A stretch of 64,000 bases of DNA from a virus, in the IMG/VR virus record IMGVR_UViG_3300045999_008055. One strand, given 5' to 3'. This document shows, piece after piece, positions 8,724-21,439 of this stretch (the first letter of the stretch is position 1; each line of letters starts with the position of its first letter). The notes under the pieces are model-generated. The model was not told the origin of the DNA. It did not search any database and worked only from the letters and a program-made list of their open reading frames with translations. The position numbers were made by a program, and so were the translations under genes.

Positions 8724-10159
8724 AACACTATTATAGTAGATAAGAGAAAAAAAGAAAATATATTATTAATTTTTCTCTTGACTTATTTGTATAAAGAAAA
8801 TATAGTCAAACCCCTTTAACACCCTTATATTTAACTAATTTATTACCTTTCTTTATCTCTCCCCAACTATTTAACAGAGTATATTTAAATTTATAATAAG
8901 CTAAAGATAATCCAATAGGAATTACCATTAATAAGAACAATAATACTCCAATTAACAATAGAAAAGGCTTAAATTCCCTCTTACCTAATGCCATTTCTAT
9001 ACCTAACAAAGATCGTATTTGATTTTTCATACCCCTTTTTAATATATCCTTTCTATTTATCTCCTCTACGCTTAATATACCTCTTTATCTTATTTAAAAC
9101 AACAAGAATATATGCAGATAGCCCCAAAATACCCACTATTAGTGCAGTAAGGGCGATGGATACCACTAACAGGATAATTGTTCCTTCTATGCTAGAACCA
9201 AAGTAAATATACATATTAGTCCTTAAACTCTATAAGAAAAGATATAATAAACATAACCGCAAAGGCTTCTATTATAAATTGAATAGTATTCATTTATTTA
9301 GGTAGTTAAAAGCTAATACCGAAGAAAGACCAAGAGCCAAACTAATAATGGTAGTTAGTTCATTCATATCTTCTTTAGAATATCCTTAATATCCTTTTTT
9401 GAAAAGCCAAATTTAAGAATATTACCCAAGACCGCAAAGAGATAATGCTTTTCTGATTTACTCAATTTATTGGTTTTCTTTTTAAATTTAGCCATTTTTA
9501 GCCTCGCCCAAGCCTAATATCTAATCCTGTTCGCCTTCGTGCAAGGTTTCAGCTTCTTCTGCTACCTCACGCCTATAATCTTCAATTTCTGTGATAGTAT
9601 CATCTGCTGGCATATATTCAAATAGCAAATCTACTAGATCGCTAACAGAGCTATGATAGTATAAGCTATAAATATACTCTTGCTCATCTTCGTTAAGAGT
9701 TTGCATATATTCTTTTAGATTTTTGAATTTTTTAGTTTTGGTCATTGGTTTATCTCCTCGTTATAGGGTATAGTATCTAGCAATTTTATTACTTGGTCAA
9801 TCTCTTTTGCAAAACTTTCTGATGGGTGATGATGGTAATAGTCTTTTAATGCTCTAAAAACTATATTAAATTGTTCTTCGTTAAGAGTTAAAGTTTTTGT
9901 TTTCAACTATGCTAATAGATATTTTCTACAAAATGTATAGCTTCTTCTCTAATATACCAATCCCAATTCTCTCCTACGACAACACAATAATGTTCAGAGT
10001 TTGGAACACCCGCAATCTTACCATAGAATTGAGTGTCTTGAAGCTGAAACATAACTTCCTTGCCGATATTTCTTTCCATTATCTCAATCTTTGCCTCATC
10101 ATTGGTATGAGTATCAGCGGTTTGAGGGTATTTCGCATCATAGTCTAAAGGGTTTGCGT

Positions 10160-10495
10160 TCATCGGTTATCTCCACTTCCTTTTATTTTATCTCTTTTTA
10201 ATCGGTCTGCAAGTTTATTTATATTAGAAATCGCAACATCTTCAAGATTAACACCAAGTTCATCTGCCATAGTTGCACAATACCATAGAACATCTCCAAG
10301 TTCAGCATAGAGGTCTGCTTTATGGATTTCCTCTAACTTCCCTCCGTTATCTCTCATTATTTTCTTGACTTTGTTAGCAACTTCGCCAGCTTCACCAGCA
10401 AGTCCTAGTGCTGTATAATAAAGTCCTTGATTTGGAAATACTCTTGGGTAGAAAGCAGTTCTACTAGCATTAGTCTGATAGTTATTGAAGGTCAT
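10160..10495 (-). CDS. MazG-like nucleotide pyrophosphohydrolase
   Basis: LGLAGEAGEVANKVKK...ELGDVLWY...N..KL..R. Confidence 0.9.
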   Translation of the reverse strand: MTFNNYQTNASRTAFYPRVFPNQGLYYTALGLAGEAGEVANKVKKIMRDNGGKLEEIHKADLYAELGDVLWYCATMADELGVNLEDVAISNINKLADRLKRDKIKGSGDNR

Positions 10496-11274
10496 TTCTT
10501 CTTCTTTTTCTTGTTCTTTTCAGCGATTTCTTCTGCAAGTTCTAATCCTTTAATTAGTGCATAATTAAATCCAATATTAATAAACTGGTCATCGGTAATA
10601 ACTTGCTTTCCGAGATCAAGAAAGTAAGCTCTATTATGTTCGCTCATATCCACATCAACATCATAAACATTTTTCTTCTTAAACTTACCGATTTTAAGAT
10701 AGTTAGAGTCTTTAATTTTTGTTTTCATAGTTTTCCTCCTCTGTAAATGCTTCTACTCTATCTAAATGAAAACCGCATCCACGAAGAAAGTCTGTAAATC
10801 TCTCACAAATATCTTCAAGAACAAAGTCATTAGTTTCAAGAGTATTATTGATCTCTTTACCATTTGCATCTTTAAATGTATGCGAAAATGTAAATTTTTG
10901 GTTCACACTTTTATCTTCCTCTGTTTTCCATCTTTTGTCAATAGTAATTTGCTACGCATCTTTTCAAATTTTTTAATTATGATAGGATTGTCTACATTTC
11001 TTAATGCCATATCAATAGCATAAATCAATGATATTTTATCATCAGAACCTAACTGATGAAGTTCTGGGGTAATTCGCCAATTACTCATTCAGAATTACCT
11101 TTAGTCTTAAAAGAAAAGATTTTGCTAGTCCAATCAAAGTTTTTGGCTGGATAACCTTTGATATTTAATTTTGGAAGTGGCTTTTGCATCAAAGCGAGAG
11201 TTTGATCGAGTTTATCCTCGATACGCTTTAGTGCTTCATTTATTTCAATTAATTCTTGTTTTGATAGTGCCATA

Positions 11275-11511
11275 TTAAAATTCCTTTCTAAAAACTTTTA
11301 CATTAGCATTAGGGTCGTCTTGACCATTATCCATCATATTATATTTACTATTATAAAAACTTTGGTTATCTTCTTCCATACCAACAGGAAACCAACCTTC
11401 TTTTTCTTGGACTTTATCTACGCTCGCACATCCAATAAAAAAGAATGTAAGAAGAATCCAAGCAATTACCACCATAACAAAAGCAACTGCTCTACGAAGA
11501 TTAAACATCAT
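11275..11511 (-). CDS. putative lipoprotein
   Basis: Hydrophobic N-terminus ending in a FIGC lipobox. Confidence 0.5.
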   Translation of the reverse strand: MMFNLRRAVAFVMVVIAWILLTFFFIGCASVDKVQEKEGWFPVGMEEDNQSFYNSKYNMMDNGQDDPNANVKVFRKEF

Positions 11512-11697
11512 CTCTTAATCCAATCGTTTGACGAATTACTTTGTTCTCTTTTGCTTCGATAATTTCTGCAACACTTAACCTTGCTTCTTGACAAGGAGAA
11601 AAATTACAAAACCAAGCTATGAAGAATATATCTATTGGCGACCACATATTTTTATTTTATATTAGTTTTATACTTGTTGCAAGTCTTTTGAAAAAAT

Positions 11698-11732
11698 AAA
11701 TAGGGCATCGGGGATTAGCCCAATGCCCTATT
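11698..11732 (-). terminator. intrinsic terminator
   Basis: AATAGGGCAT...ATGCCCTATT hairpin with a T-rich tail on the minus strand. Confidence 0.75.
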
Positions 11733-11737
11733 ATTAA

Positions 11738-11899
11738 TTACTTGGTCGAGACAGAAACTACTTGACCACCAGTTTTGTTAGCGAAACGCTTACTGGCGAT
11801 CTTTGCACCACGAAGGGTAGGGTAGCTCTTTGGAGCCACAACTACTTGTCCGTTGGTAGCTTTTACTGACCAAGTGTATTGGTTTTGAGTTGTATTCAT
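11738..11899 (-). CDS. YegP/DUF1508-like small protein (53 aa)
   Basis: Read manually: YTWSVKATNGQVVVAPKSYPTLRGA; own promoter and terminator. Confidence 0.55.
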   Translation of the reverse strand: MNTTQNQYTWSVKATNGQVVVAPKSYPTLRGAKIASKRFANKTGGQVVSVSTK

Positions 11900-13081
11900 A
11901 TTGTTATATTAATATATATTTGAGATAATGTCAATATATATTATTGATTTTTCTTAAATTTTTCCATATCGCCTTGGTCATCAGCATCTTCTCTGTTGAA
12001 GATAGGCTTTTTGGATTTAAATTTAATTTTTTTAGTATTTCCCCAAGGATTCATACCGCTATTTTTAATAGTAGATGCAATCTTGCGGACTTCTTTTAGT
12101 TCTTCTTTTGATAGTGCCATAGTTAGTATATACTAACTGAATTTAAAATTTAGATCAAGTTATTTTTACAATTACAAGCAGAACAGCCACAACCTAATTT
12201 AATACCCAACAACCACTTAAACGCTTTTTTTAGCCTTTTTAGCACTTTTCTTTTTGGCTTTCTTTTTCTTTGGTTTAACTTCAATTTCTTCTACTTCTTC
12301 TATGTTATCCCATTGAGCATCAATCTCTTTTAATTCTTTTGATAGTTTAATCTTATCTTGGATTGCCCAAACTGCATCTTCAATTTTCCACTTAACTGAA
12401 TCAAAAATATTTAATAGCCAGTTCATACGAACCTAACTCCAAAAATACTACCGAGGATAAAACAAGCGGAAATAATTAAAAGTTCCATATATTCTTACTT
12501 TTTATTACACCTAATTTTTAACCTTTTCCTTGGATTTTTTATTATACTCTAGAACATCATCTAGATATTTGTTAATCATATTTTTAATAGTGCGTTCTTT
12601 TTCGTGATCTTTATGAAAATAAGTTTTATCTAATTTTAATAGCTCATCTCGCCAATGATTTAAACTAGCGATATGCTCTGAAAGGAATTGGATTTTAATT
12701 TTCTTTGGTGGCATTTTTTACCTCTCTTTTCCATATCTTAACAATATTTTCTGTATCTGCAACATCATAATATTTATTACTTCTTAAAAGATAAAATGTT
12801 TTTTCTGAGGATTCTATCTTATCAGATATTTTCCTAAATCCTTTCTTTAATTCTTCTTTATCTCTGTAATAATAACTCTGCATATAAGGATTTTTGCTTT
12901 TATCGGTCATTATACTTTGAGTTAAAAGATAGCCATTATGTTCATCTTTTTGACATAAAAGAACATTTTTATATTTTTCTTTAGAGTAAATATCAGAAAA
13001 TTCTTTTGATAAATTTAAATGAAAAACACAATTATGATAATATACGCCAAAGAAACTGACGCTATCATCAATAATCATATA

Positions 13082-13561
13082 CTATATTCTATCAAAAACT
13101 TTTACTTTTACAATCTTTGGATGAGTATTTGCGAACCTTATAGCATCTTTTTTATTCAAAAAGAAAATATCAATAACAGGATATTTACCACCACTAGCCT
13201 TCTTATTAATAACTGCTGTTCCAGTATCGTGAGCATATCTAAATCCAAGATTAGGTATATAAACTCTACTAAAATAAGGTATAACTTTTGGGTCTACGGC
13301 AACTGAAATATTAGGTTTAAGTCTAACACCAGTAGAGCTTTGGCGTTTTGCACTCCAACTATCAGTATCGCCACCTTTTGCCCAATAAGCTGTTAATCGA
13401 ACCTTAATCTCTTTTTTAGGAATATTAGCCTTTACAAAGCGTTCAGTCTTAACGCATCTTTGAATTACTTGATCGCCAGAAAAAGATGGAGCCTTAATTT
13501 CGTTGCGGAATAATCCCAACGAAACAACGCTAATCAGTATTAATCTGCATAGTATTTGCAT
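13082..13561 (-). CDS. 3D-domain (MltA-like) peptidoglycan-active protein with N-terminal signal/anchor
   Basis: LTAY...VAVDPKVIP...AHDTG..IDIF; AGGAGG SD upstream. Confidence 0.85.
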   Translation of the reverse strand: MQILCRLILISVVSLGLFRNEIKAPSFSGDQVIQRCVKTERFVKANIPKKEIKVRLTAYWAKGGDTDSWSAKRQSSTGVRLKPNISVAVDPKVIPYFSRVYIPNLGFRYAHDTGTAVINKKASGGKYPVIDIFFLNKKDAIRFANTHPKIVKVKVFDRI

Positions 13562-13730
13562 AACTTGTCCTCCTAGAATTAAATTTAATTTAAATTGGGA
13601 AAAATGTCAAGCCAGATTAACTTCTTCTGGCGACTACGAAACTCCTATTATAATTATTAGACTTCATAACAAAATAGATTACACCCATAACTCGGTATTT
13701 CTACCAAATTAAGGGTGAATCGTATGATAC

Positions 13731-13907
13731 TTATTTCGTGACGAGGACTGAATTACGGAGCTTGCTGGTCAATCTACGCTTATCGAATGATCTCCAATGA
13801 CGAGCGTGTTGATTAACCTTGTCAAGAACCTTTGTCTCGCTGATGGTAAATGTGCCATCAGTATTATCAGTCATCTTAACGAAGTATGTTTTGGGTCTAA
13901 TTGCCAT
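13731..13907 (-). CDS. small hypothetical protein (58 aa, MAIRPKTYFVKM...)
   Basis: Read manually; TTGACA upstream. Confidence 0.55.
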   Translation of the reverse strand: MAIRPKTYFVKMTDNTDGTFTISETKVLDKVNQHARHWRSFDKRRLTSKLRNSVLVTK

Positions 13908-13929
13908 AATTATTAATATTAATTGATAT

Positions 13930-14343
13930 TTAACTATTTGTCAAATTTAATTTATCGAATTTGCCTTGAACATTACTAAAATATACATTCTTGAAATTTA
14001 ATTGCTTAATCATATCACAGCATCCATTACAAGGAGCAGAAAAATCTAGCATATTATTTCTATTAATCCTTGTATTTACGAGAGTTAATTTAGAGCAATC
14101 TTCTTCGCCAAGTCTAATAACTGCACTTAATTCACTATGAGTTCCAACAATATTTGAAATCTTTTCGTTATTTTTATTAACATAATTGTATTTAAGATTA
14201 AGAGGATGAGTTTTCGGGGAGTTTAATCCAATACTTATAATACGATTTCTGTCCAGAATAAAACTAAAATGTCTACAACGAAGATCAGCGTTATGCTTAT
14301 TGATTAGAGCATAACTAACCTCAATAATTTTGTTAAAGTTCAC
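13930..14343 (-). CDS. Zn-dependent nucleoside/nucleotide deaminase-family protein
   Basis: HSE...PCNGC motif. Confidence 0.8.
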   Translation of the reverse strand: MNFNKIIEVSYALINKHNADLRCRHFSFILDRNRIISIGLNSPKTHPLNLKYNYVNKNNEKISNIVGTHSELSAVIRLGEEDCSKLTLVNTRINRNNMLDFSAPCNGCCDMIKQLNFKNVYFSNVQGKFDKLNLTNS

Positions 14344-14480
14344 GATCTAAATTTAATTTAAATTTAAAATTTACGCAAGTCTAAATAAAATAAATAACAA
14401 ATTCCAGCTATAATTGTATTAATTATAATACCTAAAGTCACACCTATAACAATATCTACCATTCATATATACTATATGAA

Positions 14481-14807
14481 TTAATCTTTTTTATCTAAAT
14501 CTTTATATTGATTTTCTACTTCGTTTGCTTCTTTATCTAGTTGATCTTGAAAGTCTTTTAAATAATCATCAATTTTATCTAAATCTGGATTCTTTGGGGT
14601 ATAGATATTACTTATATAATTATTATTACTATTCCCAAAAAGTATGCGAATAATAGTATAGCCACCAAGGATTTGAAGGAACGAAAAACGCAAATCATAA
14701 AATGGAGCAAAAAGAAAATTCCAAATAAGCCAAATAACACCACTATAAACAAATCCAAAGAAAAGATAGGTGGTAGCTAAATTAAACCAGTCTACTTTAT
14801 ATTTCAT
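14481..14807 (-). CDS. membrane protein
   Basis: Two hydrophobic segments. Confidence 0.55.
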   Translation of the reverse strand: MKYKVDWFNLATTYLFFGFVYSGVIWLIWNFLFAPFYDLRFSFLQILGGYTIIRILFGNSNNNYISNIYTPKNPDLDKIDDYLKDFQDQLDKEANEVENQYKDLDKKD

Positions 14808-15146
14808 TTAAAGTGTATGGATGAACATTGGGGTAAATTCGCCAACATAAGAGCCACGAACATTAAACTCAAAGTAATCAATAGCATCAGTTTCGGGGTC
14901 ATCTTGATCGCTGAATTGTTCTGCGAGAATATCCAAGCATTTCTCAATAGAATATACTGCAACAGGATTACCATTTTCATTTTCGCCAACGCCGATAAAA
15001 GCCTCATCAAATCCATCCGCAAGAAGAATCTTGTCAGTATAATCGGGGAAAGATGTTTCAATAAAGTCTGTGATATTTTTCTTATGTTTGCTTAATTTCA
15101 TAATTGCTAATGTATATGGTGTCCTCTTAACCTTATTTATACTCAC
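14808..15146 (-). CDS. conserved phage hypothetical protein
   Basis: LADGFDEAFIG...AVYS...YFEFNV.GSYVGE.TP family motif. Confidence 0.7.
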   Translation of the reverse strand: MSINKVKRTPYTLAIMKLSKHKKNITDFIETSFPDYTDKILLADGFDEAFIGVGENENGNPVAVYSIEKCLDILAEQFSDQDDPETDAIDYFEFNVRGSYVGEFTPMFIHTL

Positions 15147-15172
15147 ATTTTAATTTACACGCAAGCATTTTT

Positions 15173-15817
15173 TTAAAAACTATAATTAAAATCATTTAAA
15201 TAATATTCAAAGTGTTTTTCTACTAATTTTTTAGTTTTTTTATTATAGCACAATCTATAATCAAAATTTTTTGGTCTATTGCTACTTTTATATTTTTGTA
15301 ATTTTCTAGTTGATTCTGGTAAATTTATTTTTTTCCTTATCCTTTCTAAATCATTTATTAAATTTTCAAATCTAATAAAATCATTTAGAATTATTTGATT
15401 ATTAATATATAAAATATCTTTTGTTTTTTTAGCAAAAACATCTATCATTGTTTCAATATATTCTTCAAAATAATCTCTTTTTCTATTTGAATAGAAATTA
15501 TAACTCCAGAAATATGAACTTACGACCATATCAAATGGATTTCTTACTACGGAAAACTTAAAATAATCATCAAATTTTTTTCCTATATTTTCTTTTAAAC
15601 TATAAGCTGGAATATGATCGTAAAATGTCGGGAGTTGAACTGGTTGTATAGATTCTCTCCTAAATCCTATAATGTAGTCTTTAGCTACTATTTCTTTTGA
15701 AAAATGAGTTTCTTTTAAAGAAGGCTTACAATATTGTTCAAAAAATATTTCTACGGAGGTTCCAGCGGTTTTATAAGATTTTAAAAAAATAAACTTATAT
15801 TTATCCGTTAATAACAT
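15173..15817 (-). CDS. sulfotransferase family 2 protein
   Basis: KTAGTS 5'-PSB and VRNPFD..VS.Y 3'-PB motifs. Confidence 0.85.
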   Translation of the reverse strand: MLLTDKYKFIFLKSYKTAGTSVEIFFEQYCKPSLKETHFSKEIVAKDYIIGFRRESIQPVQLPTFYDHIPAYSLKENIGKKFDDYFKFSVVRNPFDMVVSSYFWSYNFYSNRKRDYFEEYIETMIDVFAKKTKDILYINNQIILNDFIRFENLINDLERIRKKINLPESTRKLQKYKSSNRPKNFDYRLCYNKKTKKLVEKHFEYYLNDFNYSF

Positions 15818-17833
15818 ACAGCAATCCTTTTAATTAATCCAAATTCTATTGACGATCTCCTCTGATTTTTTATTCGATACTTTTGACAGACAAAATAGAA
15901 ACTTACTGATATTCAAGCAAATAGAACCAAAAGCCGATAAGAATATATAATAAAAAAAAAGTAAAATAAGCGAAACATCTGCTAAAACCTCTGCGGTCAA
16001 AGGTTTTGCAAAGTTAAATAAACCTTTAATACTTTTCAATAGTTCTGATGCAACATAACTAAATGTCATCAACCCTACAAAAATAAACCCAAAAAAGGTA
16101 TTAATAAAATCTGAAATGAATCTCATCTTTTAAAATGCTTTTTGAGTTTTTTTACAAGTCCTTCTACTTTATCTAGTTCTTTCCAATTTACGCCAGCAAT
16201 ATGCTTGTGATTTTCTTCGTGCCATTTGATTAAACCTTTTATATCATCTTCGAGTTCAACCAAATCTTTATTTAAGTGTGATACTAATGTCTTTGCGTTT
16301 TCCATAAATTTATCCTAAAAACTTTTTTAAATATTCAACCATTTCTTCTTCTTGTTCTACAATATATTTAAATTTAACATAAAATTCGTGAAGTTTATTT
16401 GTTGGCATTTCTTCTCTAGATTCATACCAAGCTATAAATTCCTTCATAGTGCGAAGTGCCTTGACTCGTTCTTCCATACAATAGATAATATAAGAAGTTT
16501 ATTTTTTCTTCAACTTTAATTTTGCGTGATCTGCGAATAACTTTGGGTCGTCTTTATAAAGTTTTTCAAGACAATCTTTTGTAAATTCTCTTAAAGATTT
16601 TTCGTCCTTTATAGCATCAACAATCTTTTTAGACATAACAGAAAAAGTCTTTTCTTCTTTTTCTATTTCTTTTACTATTCTTGGTTTTTCTACTTTTTTC
16701 CTTGCCATACTTCTAATTACACATTAGAAATTAAATTCAAACTGCTCTGCGATATATTTTGAATTAGTCTCATACTTTTCAGCGTATCTTTGACATAGTT
16801 CATAATCCGAAAGATGAACATAAAATTCCATAACACGATCTACAAGAGTCTTGTTATCTTCTTGGAGATATGCTTTCTTTAGGTTTGCAAGAATCATATC
16901 TCTGGGATTGGTATGTTTAATTACTCCATTAATCATTTTCTTTCTCCAATAAAAATTCTGGAATCATATCTTCCTTTGCGTTCTTGTCCTCGATGACATC
17001 AATCCAATTACCGATATTACCATACTTAACGCCTTGCATCAAATCTTCATATAGACATTCGTAGGCTCTTTCAACCATTTCTTGATTGTCCATATCTACA
17101 ATATAATTTAAATCCAAACAAACTCGCCCTAGTTTCATTAGATATGAACCTCCTTAATCCAAAAATTAGATAAATCTTTATCTTGGTTGATTGCTTCTTT
17201 CAACTGCTCAAGAGCTTCCTCTTTAGAATCTGCTTGATATTGTTTGCTATATGTGACAATATAAGTTTTCATTTTTGGTTTCTATACTCCTTTATAAACT
17301 CACTTGCTTCTTCAAGAGCGTTCATAAAATGAATCGTCCTACAATCGTGAGGACAATCTTCGTCAGCTTGATCTACAAGCTCTGCGAGTAGCTTAATTGC
17401 TTTTTCCATATCTTTATTTTGCATCTTTTTCATTTGTTGGCAAGCCAAATCCTAGTTTTGGTCTTTCATTTTCTTTAAACAATTCTATAATACGAATGTT
17501 ATCAATCAAGTGCCAATCAGAATTAATTTTAATACATTTTTTAGCGGGAGAAATCTCTGACACTTTTCCCTCTTGAATTGCGTATTTATTAATAGGATAA
17601 TTAATAAAAAGAATCTTGCGATCAATTAAATCTTCTAGTTTCATTATTCTAAATCCTCAATTTTCATATCATTAAAATAAACATCTATCTTTTCTACCAA
17701 TTTATAATACTTATCAGTAGCATCGTGAGATATTGAAACTTCATCTAGAAATTCTTTATTGGTCAATAGATCACCAAGAATACCCATAGCTAGTTCAATC
17801 TCTCCATCTGTAAAATAAGATGATGCTTTCATA

Positions 17834-18511
17834 TTAAAATGGCTTGAGAACATATCCCCAATAATCACTATCGGGCTGTTTCTGAATCTCATCCCACATA
17901 ATACAACGAGCGATATAGGAAGGAACATTCAATTTCTGACAATTTTCCATCCAATGTTGTTCCATCGCTTTATACTTTGCAACACCTACTTTTGATTTTG
18001 TATATTTTAAATCTTGCATACCATAGAAGCGAAGATGATGGACATCACCGCATAAAACTCTAGCAAAGAGAGGGTCAATCATCTCAAAGCTAAAACTGAC
18101 CTTGGCATAACTAAGTCCACGAATACGCTCCACAAGATTATCACGAACAGAAACATATCGGTTTCTCTTTTGTGGGCAAGAGAAGTCTTTAGGATTCTGC
18201 CAGAAATCTTTTGCAAAATCCCAAATGTAATCGGTGCGTTCTTTCTGACAACCAACGCCAGAACGAGTAAGACGCTTTAGAAGTTCTTTGCGATTGTGCT
18301 TCCAATAAACAAAGTCACGAATCGCAAGATAACCATTGATATTACCTTTCCAAGTCGTATGAACAGAGCAGAAGGCAAAAAGCCAACGCCTAAAAATATC
18401 CTCATCGGTTTTGGGTCTGACGCTCTCCCAATACTGCTTATAAGGTTCGACCTTGTGACGATGAAGTTCGTCAAAGGTGGCAAAGAATTGATCTGGTTTA
18501 GTTGTATCCAT
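17834..18511 (-). CDS. HhH-superfamily DNA glycosylase-like protein
   Basis: IRGLSYAKVSF...CGDVHHLR resembles the HhH motif and catalytic Asp of Ogg-type enzymes. Confidence 0.6.
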   Translation of the reverse strand: MDTTKPDQFFATFDELHRHKVEPYKQYWESVRPKTDEDIFRRWLFAFCSVHTTWKGNINGYLAIRDFVYWKHNRKELLKRLTRSGVGCQKERTDYIWDFAKDFWQNPKDFSCPQKRNRYVSVRDNLVERIRGLSYAKVSFSFEMIDPLFARVLCGDVHHLRFYGMQDLKYTKSKVGVAKYKAMEQHWMENCQKLNVPSYIARCIMWDEIQKQPDSDYWGYVLKPF

Positions 18512-20061
18512 AGATCAAATATAATTTAAATTTAATTTAAGTCAAAGAAAATTATTGAATAATCCAAACAATTTCGTCAAAGCGTTGGCTATCAAAGTCT
18601 AATACTTCTTGATGACTGCCGTAATACCATTCAGAATTTTTATCTTTAAGAATTTTTGCTTTTCTTAATAGAGAAACATAGTCCAAGCCATCCTCGTATC
18701 CTTTGATACATATACGAGTATCTGGCGATAAGGTGTTAAGATGGTCAATTAATTCTTTTGCCGTCATATTCCATCCAATTTCTTGCGTGATGGGGACTAG
18801 GAAAAGTTTTTACTATTTTTGCGTCTTTAAATACCCAATGTCCTTTAGCAGTAATTTGTTCTTCGTAAACAGCCCATTTATCAAGAGGCTTACCAAACTC
18901 ATCTTCAAGCTCTTTGATATAACGAATTACTTTATTCATTGACACCAAGCAACTTATCTAAGTATTTCTGTGCGTCTTTTACGGATTCAAATTGCTTCAA
19001 TATTTTAACATTCATCTTTGGCTTTTCACCAATACTTTCTAGGGTAATTGTTTTTTCATAAACTCCCCAAGAAACAAGAAGGTTTCCGTATTGATCTTTG
19101 ATCTGATCTATGTAATGATAGGTTGTTTTCATTTATACTATGATATTAATTTTAGCATTAAGTTTATAAACTAAATTGCCTCTTTGTTCATCGGGGTCGC
19201 TAATTGTGATACGCTTTTTATCAGCAAAGTTAAATACTCTACCATCGTCAAGATTGACGATATTATTTGAACCATTCTTAATTTTCATAAAAATAGAATG
19301 ATTGCCTCTTTGGACTGATTCGGGGTCAAAGAAAGAAAAAACTTCTCCTTCTTTAATAGAATCAAAGTCTACCATAGCTTCTTTATCTCTTGATGTTATT
19401 GTGTATTTCATAAATTTAAAATGGTCTAAAGTTATACATCCTTTCTGCTATCTTACTGAAAGTATCAGCGTTTGTAAAGCTGAATTTATACTTTTTCTTA
19501 AATTTTTCTAGTTTCTTTTTATTGATATTCTTTTTGCCAAAATCAGCTATTTTAGATTCATCAGAAATTAAAACTTCATCATAATCGTAAGAAAATAAAT
19601 CCAATAACTCAGCTACTTGGTCTTTATACTTCTCAACAATGGTAGTATCGGCAAACTCTATAATTTGCCCATCGTATGAAATTAATTTTCCTTTATCGAA
19701 ATCGTATCTAGGTTTCAATTATTTACTCCATTGAAACTCAAAAATCCATCCTAACCAATTAAACCCACACTCAATATAATATTTGTTTTTCATACAAAAG
19801 AATTTTGGAAATGATTTAAATTTATATGAATTTAAAATATATAGCCCAAAATCTTTAACTCTGATACGATAATGAACCTTGCTTAAAAAAATACCATTTT
19901 CATTAGCCCAATTCTCGTATTGTTCACTTGTCATTTTCTTGATTTTCTTTTATAATTTGTTTTGTTAATCTATCAAAATTTTCAGCAAGACTATATAATG
20001 ATTGATCTATACCCTGCAAAACTCCTTTAATCTGTAATAGTATTTTTGTGTTGTCCATAAA

Positions 20062-20736
20062 TTAATCCCATAAATCTCTAAAGTAAAGTCCGAGCAGAAG
20101 AAAACCATTTCTTTGACGCTCAAAGGCTTTGTTTAATTTAGAGTAATCTGCTTGAATATTATCTTTTGTTTCTATTTCAACCGAGTAATTACCATCTTCT
20201 TGTTTTGTTAATAGCATTTTACGATCACGAACAGGGTCGAAACCTAATGGATAAACTTCATATAGTTTATCAATCTGTGCGTTAGGGTCATCTTCAAGCA
20301 AAAGAAATTCAAGAGCAAAAATAATCTCATCCAAAACATTTTCATATTCTTCTTTAGAAAGAGAATTAGTTTTATTAATTGATTTATCAATGTAATCGCC
20401 TTGTTCTTGACTATATTCTAGATTCTTTTCATCTGGAACATAAGGAATAACCTTACCATCTACAACAAGATGATGGCGATTGGAAAGACTATTAAAGTTT
20501 TTGCGAAGATGTTTAATTCTTGGTAAAATAAATCTCGCAGTAGATTGAGGAAGATTCCAGCAATCGCTATCAGAATAACCACGAAAGATTGATTGCAATT
20601 TATTCTTTAAATTCCACTTTACATTAAAGTAAGTGTGAGAGTAATAATTAACCTCACTATAAATCCAATTTAAAATAGGATTCTTGTGAAACCTAAAAGA
20701 CCGCATCAGTTCTTCTAAAGTTTGCCTGTCGCTCAT
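20062..20736 (-). CDS. conserved phage hypothetical protein
   Basis: RGYSDSDCWNL...LDEII.A...G..L.G.YF.DLWD family motif. Confidence 0.65.
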   Translation of the reverse strand: MSDRQTLEELMRSFRFHKNPILNWIYSEVNYYSHTYFNVKWNLKNKLQSIFRGYSDSDCWNLPQSTARFILPRIKHLRKNFNSLSNRHHLVVDGKVIPYVPDEKNLEYSQEQGDYIDKSINKTNSLSKEEYENVLDEIIFALEFLLLEDDPNAQIDKLYEVYPLGFDPVRDRKMLLTKQEDGNYSVEIETKDNIQADYSKLNKAFERQRNGFLLLGLYFRDLWD

Positions 20737-21110
20737 AGTTTATTTAAAATCTCCTTACAATATGATATTGCATCAGCTACATCTTGTAAAGAGTATGTTT
20801 CTGAAAGACCACCATTAAAAACAAATTCATCTTTACCTTTATAAAAGGAAACCATTAGCTTACAATCTGCATAGTCATAATTATAATTACCAGAGAAACT
20901 ATTTCCTCCAGTATATGTTTTTAACTTACCATAAAAATATGCAGTTCCACTTACATTTTGTTTGCTAGTATTATGCAATCTAATAGTGATCTTGCCAGCG
21001 GGAAACTTCTCGGTTGAAGTCTTTTGAATAATTTTAGTTGGATTAATCAAAGTAGAGTTTTTGACTCTTGAATTATTTTCCCAAACAATGTTATCTATAA
21101 CTTGACTCAT
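20733..21110 (-). CDS. hypothetical protein
   Basis: ORF with coupled overlaps. Confidence 0.55.
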   Translation of the reverse strand: MSQVIDNIVWENNSRVKNSTLINPTKIIQKTSTEKFPAGKITIRLHNTSKQNVSGTAYFYGKLKTYTGGNSFSGNYNYDYADCKLMVSFYKGKDEFVFNGGLSETYSLQDVADAISYCKEILNKL

Positions 21111-21439
21111 AAACCTTCCTCCTTACATTTATCCTCGTATGCTTTTACTTCGTTAAATTCTTCCCAACGACCAGCGTTAGCAAGAACATTACTTGTTAAA
21201 AGGACTCGGTGTTCATCTTCATTTTTAATATTCTTTTCATCCCAAGTCAAGAGGATAACTCCTAAACCAAAATTATCATAGTCATCAATCTTTAATTCAA
21301 CCCCTTCTTTTTCTTCTTGATCTAAAACGCTTTCAACTGCTCTTGTGCAAGCCTCGCTATACCAATCTGCTTTATCAAGTTTCTTGGTATCAATTTCTAC
21401 CTTCGCAGACCAATTATGTCCTGTCACATAAATATTCAT
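21107..21439 (-). CDS. hypothetical protein
   Basis: ORF with coupled overlaps. Confidence 0.55.
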   Translation of the reverse strand: MNIYVTGHNWSAKVEIDTKKLDKADWYSEACTRAVESVLDQEEKEGVELKIDDYDNFGLGVILLTWDEKNIKNEDEHRVLLTSNVLANAGRWEEFNEVKAYEDKCKEEGL

